Below, piece by piece: positions 25,586-33,834 of a DNA stretch of 34,623 bases. Each line of letters begins with the position of its first letter. Position 1 is the first letter of the stretch. The notes below the pieces were generated by a model, which was not told the origin of the DNA, did no database searches, and saw only the letters and a program-made list of their open reading frames with translations. The DNA is taken from NCBI GenBank assembly GCA_964505035.1, contig CAZDGK010000005.1:1-34623 (forward strand). Reading direction: 5' to 3'. Both the position numbers and the translations under genes were made by a program. The stretch is from an uncultured Candidatus Saccharimonadales bacterium. GTDB taxonomy: Bacteria > Patescibacteriota > Saccharimonadia > UBA4664.

Positions 25586-25614
25586 ATTATAATATCGTCG
25601 GACTTTTCTGACAA
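25586..25614 (-). promoter_or_regulatory. Near-consensus sigma70 promoter
   Basis: TTGTCA-17 nt-TATAAT on the minus strand, immediately after the NAD kinase stop. Confidence 0.75.
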
Positions 25615-26397
25615 CTAGAAGCGGCCGAGGCGCTTGTTTTCGACACGGTTGTGGAAGCCGTCGGGGGTAAGCTCGACAAGCTGAATAAAGTGATCCGAGA
25701 GATAGATCTCGATGGGCTCCCCTGCCTTGGGCACGATGGCTAGCCCGTCAATCATGAGGGTGACTGGACGCTCGGTGGCATCGGCGGGGTCGATGGCGAT
25801 ACTGACACGGCGCCGGCGTGTCAGAACATGGGGCCGCTGGAGGCTGGAATAGAGGGTGGAGATGTGGGGGTTATTGGGGGTGACGACGAACAGGTCCTGA
25901 GCGGCGGAGTCGATGATGGGGCCACCGGCGGCGAGGTTGTAGGCGGTGGAGCCCATGGGGGTGGCAAAGATGACGCCGTCGCCGATGAAGCTGCCGGACG
26001 ATCCGCCAATGTGCAGATCGAACTTGGCGGCGCGGGGTCCGCCACGCTCGAGCGAGATGTCATTGAAGGCATAGCCAAGGTGGCGGCCACCCTGGGACGC
26101 GGCCAGCAGCGGTGTTTTGATAACGCTGAAGGTATGAAGCCGGAGCGCCTGGACGAGCTGAGGGATTTCATCGGGCTCGACGGTCTGGAGGAAGCCCAGG
26201 CGGCCGGCTGAAATGCCCACGAACATCACGTCGCCCTCAAGGTGCTGGCGGATGGCGTGCAGCATAGTGCCGTCGCCGCCAATGGCGAACACCAGGCCAG
26301 CCGGCAGAGCCGTAGTGCCGGTCAGGGCTGCGCGCAGGGCGGCTTCGGCGGCCTGAGCCGTGGGGGTAGGTTTGGTGACGAAGATGGGAGTATTCAC
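25615..26397 (-). CDS. nadK: NAD(+) kinase
   Basis: IGGDGTML, GRLGFL, ND, GDG....TP.GSTAYNLAAGGP, IDG. True start is GTG 26397, 6 nt after TGcTACAAT. Confidence 0.9.
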   Translation of the reverse strand: MNTPIFVTKPTPTAQAAEAALRAALTGTTALPAGLVFAIGGDGTMLHAIRQHLEGDVMFVGISAGRLGFLQTVEPDEIPQLVQALRLHTFSVIKTPLLAASQGGRHLGYAFNDISLERGGPRAAKFDLHIGGSSGSFIGDGVIFATPMGSTAYNLAAGGPIIDSAAQDLFVVTPNNPHISTLYSSLQRPHVLTRRRRVSIAIDPADATERPVTLMIDGLAIVPKAGEPIEIYLSDHFIQLVELTPDGFHNRVENKRLGRF

Positions 26398-26513
26398 GGA
26401 TACATTGTAGCAATGGCAGGCCTTGCCACAAGAGGGGAAGACATATTGACAAATATACGCTAAAATAGTGCGCACACTGCTACCCGCAGATCCACCGAGT
26501 GAGGGGGTTGCTA

Positions 26514-27374
26514 GTGAAGTACCAACCAATGTTGCCGATCTCGGCTCGGCGGCTTCCGCGTGATTCGAAATGGCGGTACGAGCTGAAGCTCGACGGCTGG
26601 CGAATGATGGCGGAAGTGGCCGACGGGCAGGCGACACTGTGGAGTCGCAACGGTCTGGACCTGACCGCTCGATTCCCGGAACTGGCGACAGAGATCGCCA
26701 GGGTCGTCCGGCAGCGCGACTGCGTGCTGGACGGCGAGGTGGTGGTGCTCGACGAGCGCGGCCACCCAGATCTGCGAGCACTGCGGGCCGGATTGAAGCC
26801 GCGGCGCTACTACATCTTTGACGTACTGGAGGCAGATGGCGAACCAACGGTGCACTTGCCCCTGTCGGCCCGTCGCAGACGGCTGTCGACCGTGGTGGTC
26901 AAGTCGCGCTACGTCCAGATAGTGGACTGGTTTGAAGACGCCGACGCGCTCTGGCAGGTAGTGGCCGGCGCCTCCCTGGAAGGGGTGGTGGCCAAGGACC
27001 TCGAGTCCGAATACCTACCGGGCCGGCGGGCATCGAGCTGGGTCAAAGTGAAACTGCGCAGACGGCAAGTGTTTGTGATTACCGGCTACGTGCTCAATTC
27101 GGCCCGCAGCCTGGCCGGGCTGACTTTGGCCGAAGAGCAAGACGGCCAGCTCGTGGCCGTGGGCCGCTGCAGCACCGGCTTCAGCGACGCTGAGGCCGCC
27201 AAGCTACTGGCCACATTGCGGCCGCTGCGGCAAGGCCAAACGCCAGCCGGCATCCACCGGGTCAAGCCGGTGGTACGATGCCGAGTGGCGTTTAGCGACC
27301 GGACGAGTACCGGCCGATTGCACCAGCCGTCGTACCTGGGCATGGTCCGGGACGACGAGCCGGACGGACGGTAA
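26514..27374 (+). CDS. ATP-dependent DNA ligase (LigD/LigC-type ligase domain only)
   Basis: PML, motif I YELKLDGWR, SRNG, LDGEVV, YIFDVL, EGVVAK, WVKVK, OB domain with STGFS. GTG 26514 follows GAGGGGG. Confidence 0.9.
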   Translation: MKYQPMLPISARRLPRDSKWRYELKLDGWRMMAEVADGQATLWSRNGLDLTARFPELATEIARVVRQRDCVLDGEVVVLDERGHPDLRALRAGLKPRRYYIFDVLEADGEPTVHLPLSARRRRLSTVVVKSRYVQIVDWFEDADALWQVVAGASLEGVVAKDLESEYLPGRRASSWVKVKLRRRQVFVITGYVLNSARSLAGLTLAEEQDGQLVAVGRCSTGFSDAEAAKLLATLRPLRQGQTPAGIHRVKPVVRCRVAFSDRTSTGRLHQPSYLGMVRDDEPDGR

Positions 27375-27383
27375 GTGGCCCAG

Positions 27384-27421
27384 ACCGGCTCCAACACATT
27401 AGTTGGAGCCGGTATTTTGTT
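27384..27421 (+). terminator. Intrinsic terminator overlapping the next gene's promoter
   Basis: Perfect 12-bp stem ACCGGCTCCAAC-6 nt-GTTGGAGCCGGT followed by ATTTTGTT. Confidence 0.8.
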
Positions 27422-27433
27422 ATGATGGTGAGT

Positions 27434-28357
27434 ATGAGTAAGCCGATTTCGGCCCGCCGGGTGATCATTACGTCATTTGTGGTGGATGTGTCCGACGTAG
27501 CATTGAACGTAGCCGTGATGGTGGTGACTGGCAGCGTGGTAATGCTAGCGGAGTCGCTGCAGGGTGCGGCGGACCTGCTGACTTCTACCCTGCTGCTCGT
27601 GGGGGTGCGACGGGCGGCACGGCGGGCAAACCGGGACTTTCACTTTGGCTACGGCCGGGAATTATTCTTCTGGGTACTGATGGCCGGCATTGCGATGCTG
27701 GTGCTGACTGGCACACTGTCGGTCTACGTGGGAGTGCAGCGGCTACTGGAACCGGCGCCGGTAGCGCATGTGTGGCTGACGTATGTGGCGCTGGGCGCGG
27801 GGGCGGCGAGCAACGGCTACGCGCTGGCTCTGAGTATTCAGCGACTGCGCGGCAAGCACCCGGGGCCGCGGCTGTGGCAACGCGTGCGGCACTCCAGCCT
27901 GGTGGAGACCAAGGCGACATTTGTGCTTGATCTGATGGGTACGGCAGCATCGGTGATCGGCCTGGTGGCATTGGGATGGTACGGCGTGACCGGCAACGGG
28001 CGATTGGACGGCGTGGGGTCAATATTGATTGGCGTGACGGTCGCGGTGCTGGCGGTGGGGTTGATTGTGGGAGCCAAGGATTTGCTGGTGGGCCGCTCGG
28101 CCGGCGGCGACATTGACGCGCTGATCCGGCAAGCGGCCCTTGAGGTGAAGGGCGTAAAGCGGGTGCTCGATCTGCGCACGATGTACCTGGGCTCGGAACG
28201 GCTGCTGGTGAATGTTGAGGTAAACCTGGCCGGCGGACTAGAAACGCGCCAGATTGAGAAACTCATCGATGAGATTAAGCAAAACATCAAACGGCAGGCA
28301 CCGATTGTGGGCCACATCCAGGTAGAACTGGAAACACCGGTAATTCGCGAACCATAG
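27434..28357 (+). CDS. Cation diffusion facilitator (CDF) family transporter
   Basis: TGS..MLAE, FGYGRE..FW, DGVGSI.IG, LLVG.S, LRTMYLG and C-terminal dimerisation domain. ATG 7 nt after TGtTATGAT. Confidence 0.88.
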   Translation: MSKPISARRVIITSFVVDVSDVALNVAVMVVTGSVVMLAESLQGAADLLTSTLLLVGVRRAARRANRDFHFGYGRELFFWVLMAGIAMLVLTGTLSVYVGVQRLLEPAPVAHVWLTYVALGAGAASNGYALALSIQRLRGKHPGPRLWQRVRHSSLVETKATFVLDLMGTAASVIGLVALGWYGVTGNGRLDGVGSILIGVTVAVLAVGLIVGAKDLLVGRSAGGDIDALIRQAALEVKGVKRVLDLRTMYLGSERLLVNVEVNLAGGLETRQIEKLIDEIKQNIKRQAPIVGHIQVELETPVIREP

Positions 28358-28389
28358 GGCTATAATGATGGCAATGAGTGAGGACAGAC

Positions 28390-29271
28390 ATGGCTGAACG
28401 GGGGCCAGTGATCGCGGTGCGCGGGGTGTCCAAGCGGTTTGGGCGCAAGCAGGCGCTCAATGAGGTGTCATTTACGGTGCAGGCGGGCAGCATCTTTGGC
28501 TTCCTGGGGCCGAACGGGGCCGGCAAGAGCACCACGATCCGGTGCCTGATGGACTACATCCGGCCCGATAGCGGCTCGGTGGAGATTCTGGGCCGGGACG
28601 CCCGCCGAGACAGCGCATTGCTTAAGCGAGAGATGGGCTATCTGTCGTCGGAGTTGCAGCTATACCAAGGCTGGACGGGCCGGGAGCATTTGAACTTCGT
28701 GGAGGGGGTGCGCGGACGCAGTGACGAGGCGCGGCAGCTGGCGCAGGACCTGGATCTGGACCTAGGCAAGCCAGTGAAGTATTTGTCGAGTGGCAACCAG
28801 CAGAAGCTGGCGATTGTGCTGGCGTTTTGCGGGCGGCCGCGGCTGCTGATCATGGACGAACCGACGCGAGCATTGGACCCGCTGCTGCAGAACCAGCTGT
28901 ATGAGCTGCTGCGCGGGTTTGCAGCGCAGGGTGGTACGGTGTTTTTGTCGAGCCACAACCTGGCAGAGGTGCAGCGGGTCTGCGACGGAGTGGTGGTGAT
29001 CCGGGCTGGCGAGGTGGTGGCCGAGCGAAGCCTGTCCGAGCTGCGAGAGCTGCAGGTGCGGCTGGTGCAGGTGGTGTCGGCGCGTCCCATCCCGCCGGAG
29101 TTTCTGCGGCTGCGTGGCGTGGAGATCGTGCATCAAAGCGAAGGTGAGGTCCAGATGCGTGTACATGGCGACATTAATCCCCTGCTGCGCGTGCTGGTAC
29201 GCTACCCGCTGAAAGACCTACAGGTAACACACGCTGACCTTGAGGATGTGTTTATGGAGTTTTACCACTGA
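28390..29271 (+). CDS. ABC-2 type transporter ATP-binding protein
   Basis: GPNGAGKST, LSSGNQQK, LIMDEPT, SSH. Confidence 0.95.
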   Translation: MAERGPVIAVRGVSKRFGRKQALNEVSFTVQAGSIFGFLGPNGAGKSTTIRCLMDYIRPDSGSVEILGRDARRDSALLKREMGYLSSELQLYQGWTGREHLNFVEGVRGRSDEARQLAQDLDLDLGKPVKYLSSGNQQKLAIVLAFCGRPRLLIMDEPTRALDPLLQNQLYELLRGFAAQGGTVFLSSHNLAEVQRVCDGVVVIRAGEVVAERSLSELRELQVRLVQVVSARPIPPEFLRLRGVEIVHQSEGEVQMRVHGDINPLLRVLVRYPLKDLQVTHADLEDVFMEFYH

Positions 29272-30074
29272 TGTGGCCAGTATTTTGGTATGAGTTTAAG
29301 CACAAGCGGCTGGGCCTGGCGGCCTATTGCGGAGCAATACTGGGCTTTACGGTGCTGTATGTGATGATTTACCCGTCGGTGCTGGCATCGATGGACAAGT
29401 TCCAGGAGATATTCAAGGCCTACCCCAAGGAACTGTTCCAGGCATTTAATATTCCGAGCCTGACGTTTGATACGGTCGAGAAATATCTGGGTGCGGAGTC
29501 GTTTAGCTTCGTGTGGCCGATCATGGGCATCGCGCTGGTGCTGGCCCGGGCAGGCAACGGGCTGGCCGGCGAGATTGAGCGGCGAACGATTGGGCTACTG
29601 CTATCGATGCCAGTGAGCCGGGGTCGGATCTATCTGGCGAAATATCTGGTGGGGCCCGTATCAATACTAGCGTTTACGCTCCTGTCGACGGTGGTGGTAG
29701 TGCCACTGGCACCACTGGCCGGGGTGCAGGCGGATGCTGGCATCATGCTCCGAGCACTGGCGTCCACAACCCTGTTTCTGTGGGCGGTGTTTGGTCTCGC
29801 GATGTGGCTGTCGGCCATGCTGAGCGAGCGTGGTAAAGTTTACATCATCATGAGCAGCGGGCTGGTGCTGATGTATGTCATGAATGTGGTGGCGCAGATC
29901 CAGGACAAGGTGAGCTGGCTGAAGTATGGATCACTGTTTTATTACTTTGACGTGCAGAAGCTGCTGGCCGGCGGGTCGTGGCACTGGCGGCCAGTAGCCG
30001 TGTTTGGTGCGATTATCGTGGTGACGTTTGGGCTGGGGCTATGGAGTTTTGGCCGGCGCGACGTGTCGGTGTAG
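29271..30074 (+). CDS. ABC-2 type transporter permease
   Basis: 6 TMs, AGEIERRTI.LLLS.PVSR..I..AK, F.RRD C-terminus; TGATG coupling. Confidence 0.92.
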   Translation: MWPVFWYEFKHKRLGLAAYCGAILGFTVLYVMIYPSVLASMDKFQEIFKAYPKELFQAFNIPSLTFDTVEKYLGAESFSFVWPIMGIALVLARAGNGLAGEIERRTIGLLLSMPVSRGRIYLAKYLVGPVSILAFTLLSTVVVVPLAPLAGVQADAGIMLRALASTTLFLWAVFGLAMWLSAMLSERGKVYIIMSSGLVLMYVMNVVAQIQDKVSWLKYGSLFYYFDVQKLLAGGSWHWRPVAVFGAIIVVTFGLGLWSFGRRDVSV

Positions 30075-30866
30075 CAGCCGGCTAATGAGCTTGCCTAGAC
30101 CGGCAGCCAGCAACAGCCCGACGCCGGCAAGGGCGGCCCAGGCATAATACGGCTGCACAGCGGGCACGAGGGCGGCCACGACGGGGTTTTGGAACGGACC
30201 AGAGCCGTCAGGGCCGGGGTGTTCGACCCCAAGCTTGATGATGGTGAAAACGAGCGCTAGCGGGCCAGCCGTGAGCAGAGCAACGACACCAGGGCTGGCG
30301 AGCCGGCCCCAGCCAGCGCTGAAACCGACGACGCCAATGAGCGCGAGCAGAACCAGGATGAGGCTCACCTGGGCCGCGCCGCCGAGCTTCTGGTGATTGG
30401 AGGCGCTCAGCGGGCCGAGCAAGCCGACCTGGCTCTTGAGCTGAGCCTGCTGATCGGGGTTACTGGTGGCCTCGGCGACGGCCTGGTCGACACCCTTGGT
30501 ATAGAATGGCTCGACGATTTGGCTGACGAGCTTGAGGCGGATTTGGCGAGGCGTCAGGGTGTTGAGATCGGCTGTCGTGAGGGTGACATTGGGGAAGTCG
30601 CTGAGGGGATGAATGGTGCCGCCGGCGGCCGCGGCCTGGCGCTTGAGGTCGTCGATGCCATTGGCGTCGTCGAGGCTGCCTTGCTTGAAGATGAAGCCGG
30701 ACAGGATCTGGCTGGCCACCGGGATGATGACGTCGCGATCGGTCAGGCGGGCCAGGCTAAAGAGCAGAAGGCTGGCACCGAGGGCAGCCGATAAGATGAG
30801 GCCACAAACCCATTTGGCATCGACGTGCCAGTAGGGCCGGGGGTGATTGGGGTCGTGATGGAACAC
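30039..30866 (-). CDS. Hypothetical membrane protein (1+3 TM)
   Basis: GTG after SD AAGGAG; probably cotranscribed with the upstream GH-like gene; overlaps the permease 3' end by 36 bp. Confidence 0.75.
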   Translation of the reverse strand: MFHHDPNHPRPYWHVDAKWVCGLILSAALGASLLLFSLARLTDRDVIIPVASQILSGFIFKQGSLDDANGIDDLKRQAAAAGGTIHPLSDFPNVTLTTADLNTLTPRQIRLKLVSQIVEPFYTKGVDQAVAEATSNPDQQAQLKSQVGLLGPLSASNHQKLGGAAQVSLILVLLALIGVVGFSAGWGRLASPGVVALLTAGPLALVFTIIKLGVEHPGPDGSGPFQNPVVAALVPAVQPYYAWAALAGVGLLLAAGLGKLISRLLHRHVAPAKTP

Positions 30867-30884
30867 GGAAAGGTCTCCTTGGGG

Positions 30885-31934
30885 TTAGTATTTGAGCGCG
30901 GACCAGGCGGCTAGTCCGGGGCGGGGCTGATTGTCTGAGCCGATGAGACCCATGCTGGTAAACGGCTGCTTGGCCGCTGGGTCATAGAGGAAGGACCAAA
31001 TGATGAAAGTGGGATTGAGGCTGGTGGTGAGCTGGCCAAACAGGGTGATGAAACCGGCCTGCTCCTGCGGCGTAGCGGTCCAGCCGGCCGCCGGGGTTTG
31101 CGAGGGCCAGCCGATCTCGCTAAAGGCGACAGGCTTGATGGTGTGGGCGGTAATGTCTGCGTAGTAGCTAGCCGGGACGTCGCCGGGGTGGTGGAAATAG
31201 ACGCTTGGGTAGGTGGTGAAGGCCAGGAAGTCGGCGGCGGCGAAGCGATCGAGTAGGCCCCACTGGGGTGTGACTGATTTGGCACCAGACAGACCGCCGG
31301 TGAGGCCGCGCAGCTGCTCCAGCTGGAAGGTAGTAAAGACCTGAGTGCTGGGCGAGGCGGCCTTGATGGCGGCGGCAGACTGATTGAAGAGGTCAACAAA
31401 GGTGTTAAAACTGGCCGGCGAGGTGGCGTAGATGCGGTTGACCTCAATGCCGAGACCGAGATATTTGAGGTGATTGGTGGCGGCAAAGCTGGCTGCCTGC
31501 TGGGCATAGGTACTGATTTGGGCGGTGGTGAGCGGCCGGATTGGAACCAAGCTGCCGCCGGAATCGCGGAAAGCGGTAACTTCGATAACGGGCTCGTAAT
31601 GATACTGCTTGCCCAGGGCGGCTACGGTGTGGGCGGCGCCGGAAGCCGAGCCCAGCTCATTCCAATCCCCTGCCCAGGTGACGGCTCCGGCGCCGGCCGA
31701 GCTGGCCTGGGCGAAGAAGCCGGTGAAGTCGGCGGCGGCTGATGAGCGCGGTGACAGCGAGAAACCCTTGAGCACGCCAATGGCTGCCGGACTAGCCGAG
31801 GCCGATGGGCTGGGCTTGGTGGCGGCCGGATGAGACGACTGGCGGACTAGGGCAATGGCTACAACAACTATCAGTACTCCAACCACAAGTAGGATGCCGA
31901 GGTGCGCGAAACCGGCCTGTGGTGAGGGCTTCAT
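30885..31934 (-). CDS. Clan GH-A-like glycoside hydrolase with a prepilin-like N-terminus
   Basis: Start ATG 31934 (6 nt after TATGCT): MKPSPQAG|FAHLGILLVVG...; GIEVN (acid/base), FTTYP, KPVAFSEIGW (nucleophile), Q..F, MGL. Confidence 0.72.
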   Translation of the reverse strand: MKPSPQAGFAHLGILLVVGVLIVVVAIALVRQSSHPAATKPSPSASASPAAIGVLKGFSLSPRSSAAADFTGFFAQASSAGAGAVTWAGDWNELGSASGAAHTVAALGKQYHYEPVIEVTAFRDSGGSLVPIRPLTTAQISTYAQQAASFAATNHLKYLGLGIEVNRIYATSPASFNTFVDLFNQSAAAIKAASPSTQVFTTFQLEQLRGLTGGLSGAKSVTPQWGLLDRFAAADFLAFTTYPSVYFHHPGDVPASYYADITAHTIKPVAFSEIGWPSQTPAAGWTATPQEQAGFITLFGQLTTSLNPTFIIWSFLYDPAAKQPFTSMGLIGSDNQPRPGLAAWSALKY

Positions 31935-32002
31935 GCCTTGAGCATAAGCTTGTTGATGGCGGTTGGCTAGGGGCGGGCAAAGGGCTCTGCTACACTGCTG
32001 AT

Positions 32003-32671
32003 ATGCCAAAACGACGCCGTATCAGTCAACTGCCTGCCCCAGACCGCCCACGCGAACGGCTGCGGGTTAAGGGCGCGGCGGCGCTGTCGGACTTTGAGCT
32101 GCTGGAGGTGGTGATTGGCAACGGTACGGCCGCAGCTGACGTGGGGTCGATCGCACGGCAGGTCCAGAAATTGCTGGCGAAGGGCACGGCTAATGTGACA
32201 CTGGAATCGCTATCAGCGGTGCCTGGCGTGGGTACGGCGGGCGCGAGCAAGATACTGGCGGCGCTGGAGCTGGCCAAGCGGCACCTGGTGAAGGATATCG
32301 AGCCGCTGCGAACCATGAGCGATGTGCTGGCCCGGTTGGACGACATGCGTGGTAAGCAGCAGGAGTATTTGGTGACGTTGTCGCTGGACGGCGGCCAGCG
32401 GCTGATCGCGCAGCGGACTATCACGATCGGCACCCTGGACGCGGTGCTGGCCCATCCGCGCGAGGTGTTCGCCGATGCGATCGTGGACCGGGCGGCGTGC
32501 TTGATTGTGGCGCACAACCACCCGTCGGGCGAGTTGCAACCGAGCGCGCAGGACATTACACTGACGCAGCAACTGGCGGCGGCCGGGCAATTGCTAGGTG
32601 TGCCGCTGCGTGACCACATCATTGTGACGCGAAACGACTATTTTAGTTTCCGTCAGCACCATTTACTATAG
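32003..32671 (+). CDS. radC: RadC-family JAB domain protein
   Basis: RPRERL...G..ALSD.ELL, HPREVF, HNHPSG...PS..D, DHII. ATG 6 nt after TGcTACACT. Confidence 0.95.
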   Translation: MPKRRRISQLPAPDRPRERLRVKGAAALSDFELLEVVIGNGTAAADVGSIARQVQKLLAKGTANVTLESLSAVPGVGTAGASKILAALELAKRHLVKDIEPLRTMSDVLARLDDMRGKQQEYLVTLSLDGGQRLIAQRTITIGTLDAVLAHPREVFADAIVDRAACLIVAHNHPSGELQPSAQDITLTQQLAAAGQLLGVPLRDHIIVTRNDYFSFRQHHLL

Positions 32672-32695
32672 GGACATCAATCAGGAGGGCAACGC

Positions 32696-33589
32696 ATGGC
32701 GGTGCGGTATTTGGAGGTGCGCGGACGGGTCCGGGATTTGGCAGAGAATGTAGCAGCGGACGTCATGCGGCACTTTCAGGCCCGCCAGTATTTGGGCAAA
32801 GCGGTGGTGGTGTGCGATGAACCGGAGGCCTGGCTGGCGGCGGCCGAGCGGCAGTGGCACAAGCTCGGGCGGGCTCTGCAGCGGCGGCGGGCTCAGGCTG
32901 TGGATGCCGATGAGATCTTGCGCCATACGGCCACCATTACCCACATGCAGCAGGTGCGGATGATGAGCGGGGCGCCGGCCGACTGGTCTGAGGCGGTGCT
33001 CTACGCCCTGAGGCCGGACCAGATCGGCGGTTTGCCGGCCAGCTGTTTGACCCTTTATTTGACGCGGCGACTGCCGGAGGCCAAGCTGCAGAGCCTACTG
33101 GCGACCATGCCGAGCTCGGGGCTGGTTGTCGACTACGCCGCACAACTGGCCAACGGCGACTTTGGGCTGTACTCACGGGCGGAATTGGAGCTGAGGGCGG
33201 CAGCCAGCTGGCGAGCGGTAGCCAGCCTCCTGGAGACCGCGGGCGTGGATCTGGCCGTACTGGGGAACCCGCAGGCTCTGGAGCTAGCGGTAGACGACTT
33301 GCTAGATATGCAGGACACCTACCTGCAAGCAGTGGCGGCCTTCCAATACGCGCTAAATCTGGCGCGGCCTCTGCGGACGATCACCCAAATGCAGCGCAAG
33401 CAGTATGAGATGGCGCTGGTATTGGCCCAGCACGTACAGGCGCTGGGGCCCGGCCGACTACCGGCTGACTTCCTGAAGACAGACCTGGATGATTCGTTCT
33501 ACCTGAGTGAAGCCTGGGCCATAGTGGCGGCTGGCACTCGCGGGCTAGCCAGCCTGGCAGCGCGGCCAGGGCTGGTGCTCGTGCGGTAA
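32696..33589 (+). CDS. Hypothetical protein, probably cotranscribed with radC
   Basis: SD AGGAGG, 24 bp after radC; 297-aa ORF with protein-like composition. Confidence 0.8.
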   Translation: MAVRYLEVRGRVRDLAENVAADVMRHFQARQYLGKAVVVCDEPEAWLAAAERQWHKLGRALQRRRAQAVDADEILRHTATITHMQQVRMMSGAPADWSEAVLYALRPDQIGGLPASCLTLYLTRRLPEAKLQSLLATMPSSGLVVDYAAQLANGDFGLYSRAELELRAAASWRAVASLLETAGVDLAVLGNPQALELAVDDLLDMQDTYLQAVAAFQYALNLARPLRTITQMQRKQYEMALVLAQHVQALGPGRLPADFLKTDLDDSFYLSEAWAIVAAGTRGLASLAARPGLVLVR

Positions 33590-33633
33590 CCAGCGCGACC
33601 GGTGCGCCGGAGGCTGCGCTAGAGCCGCAGCCG

Positions 33634-33834
33634 CTAAGAGCCGGTGACCTGCGACCCTAGCGACTCAAAAGCGGCTAGCAACCGCCGGAAAGACGGCTCG
33701 GTGAGCTTTTCATAACTGATGGGCGTGAAGACGGCCAGCCGGCGCGGCCCGGTCTCGCGTGGCAACAAGGGCGCGAACGAGCCGCGGGCGGAAACGTAGA
33801 GGCGGCAGTCGAACCGGAGCGGAGGCTGCTCCAC
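33634..33834 (-). CDS. Small ORF in frame with and directly after the lexA stop
   Basis: TAG-GTG junction, 66 codons, mostly G/C third positions; fills an otherwise empty gap. Confidence 0.45.
   Translation of the reverse strand: MEQPPLRFDCRLYVSARGSFAPLLPRETGPRRLAVFTPISYEKLTEPSFRRLLAAFESLGSQVTGS

Noticed and set aside
26446-26466. TTGACA and TAAAAT upstream of the ligase as a promoter pair
   Set aside because: They are only 9 nt apart and cannot form one sigma70 promoter; the ligase promoter is left unassigned.
26398-26847. 150-aa N-terminal extension of NAD kinase in the track
   Set aside because: It runs through the intergenic promoter region and antisense into the ligase; the real start is GTG 26397.
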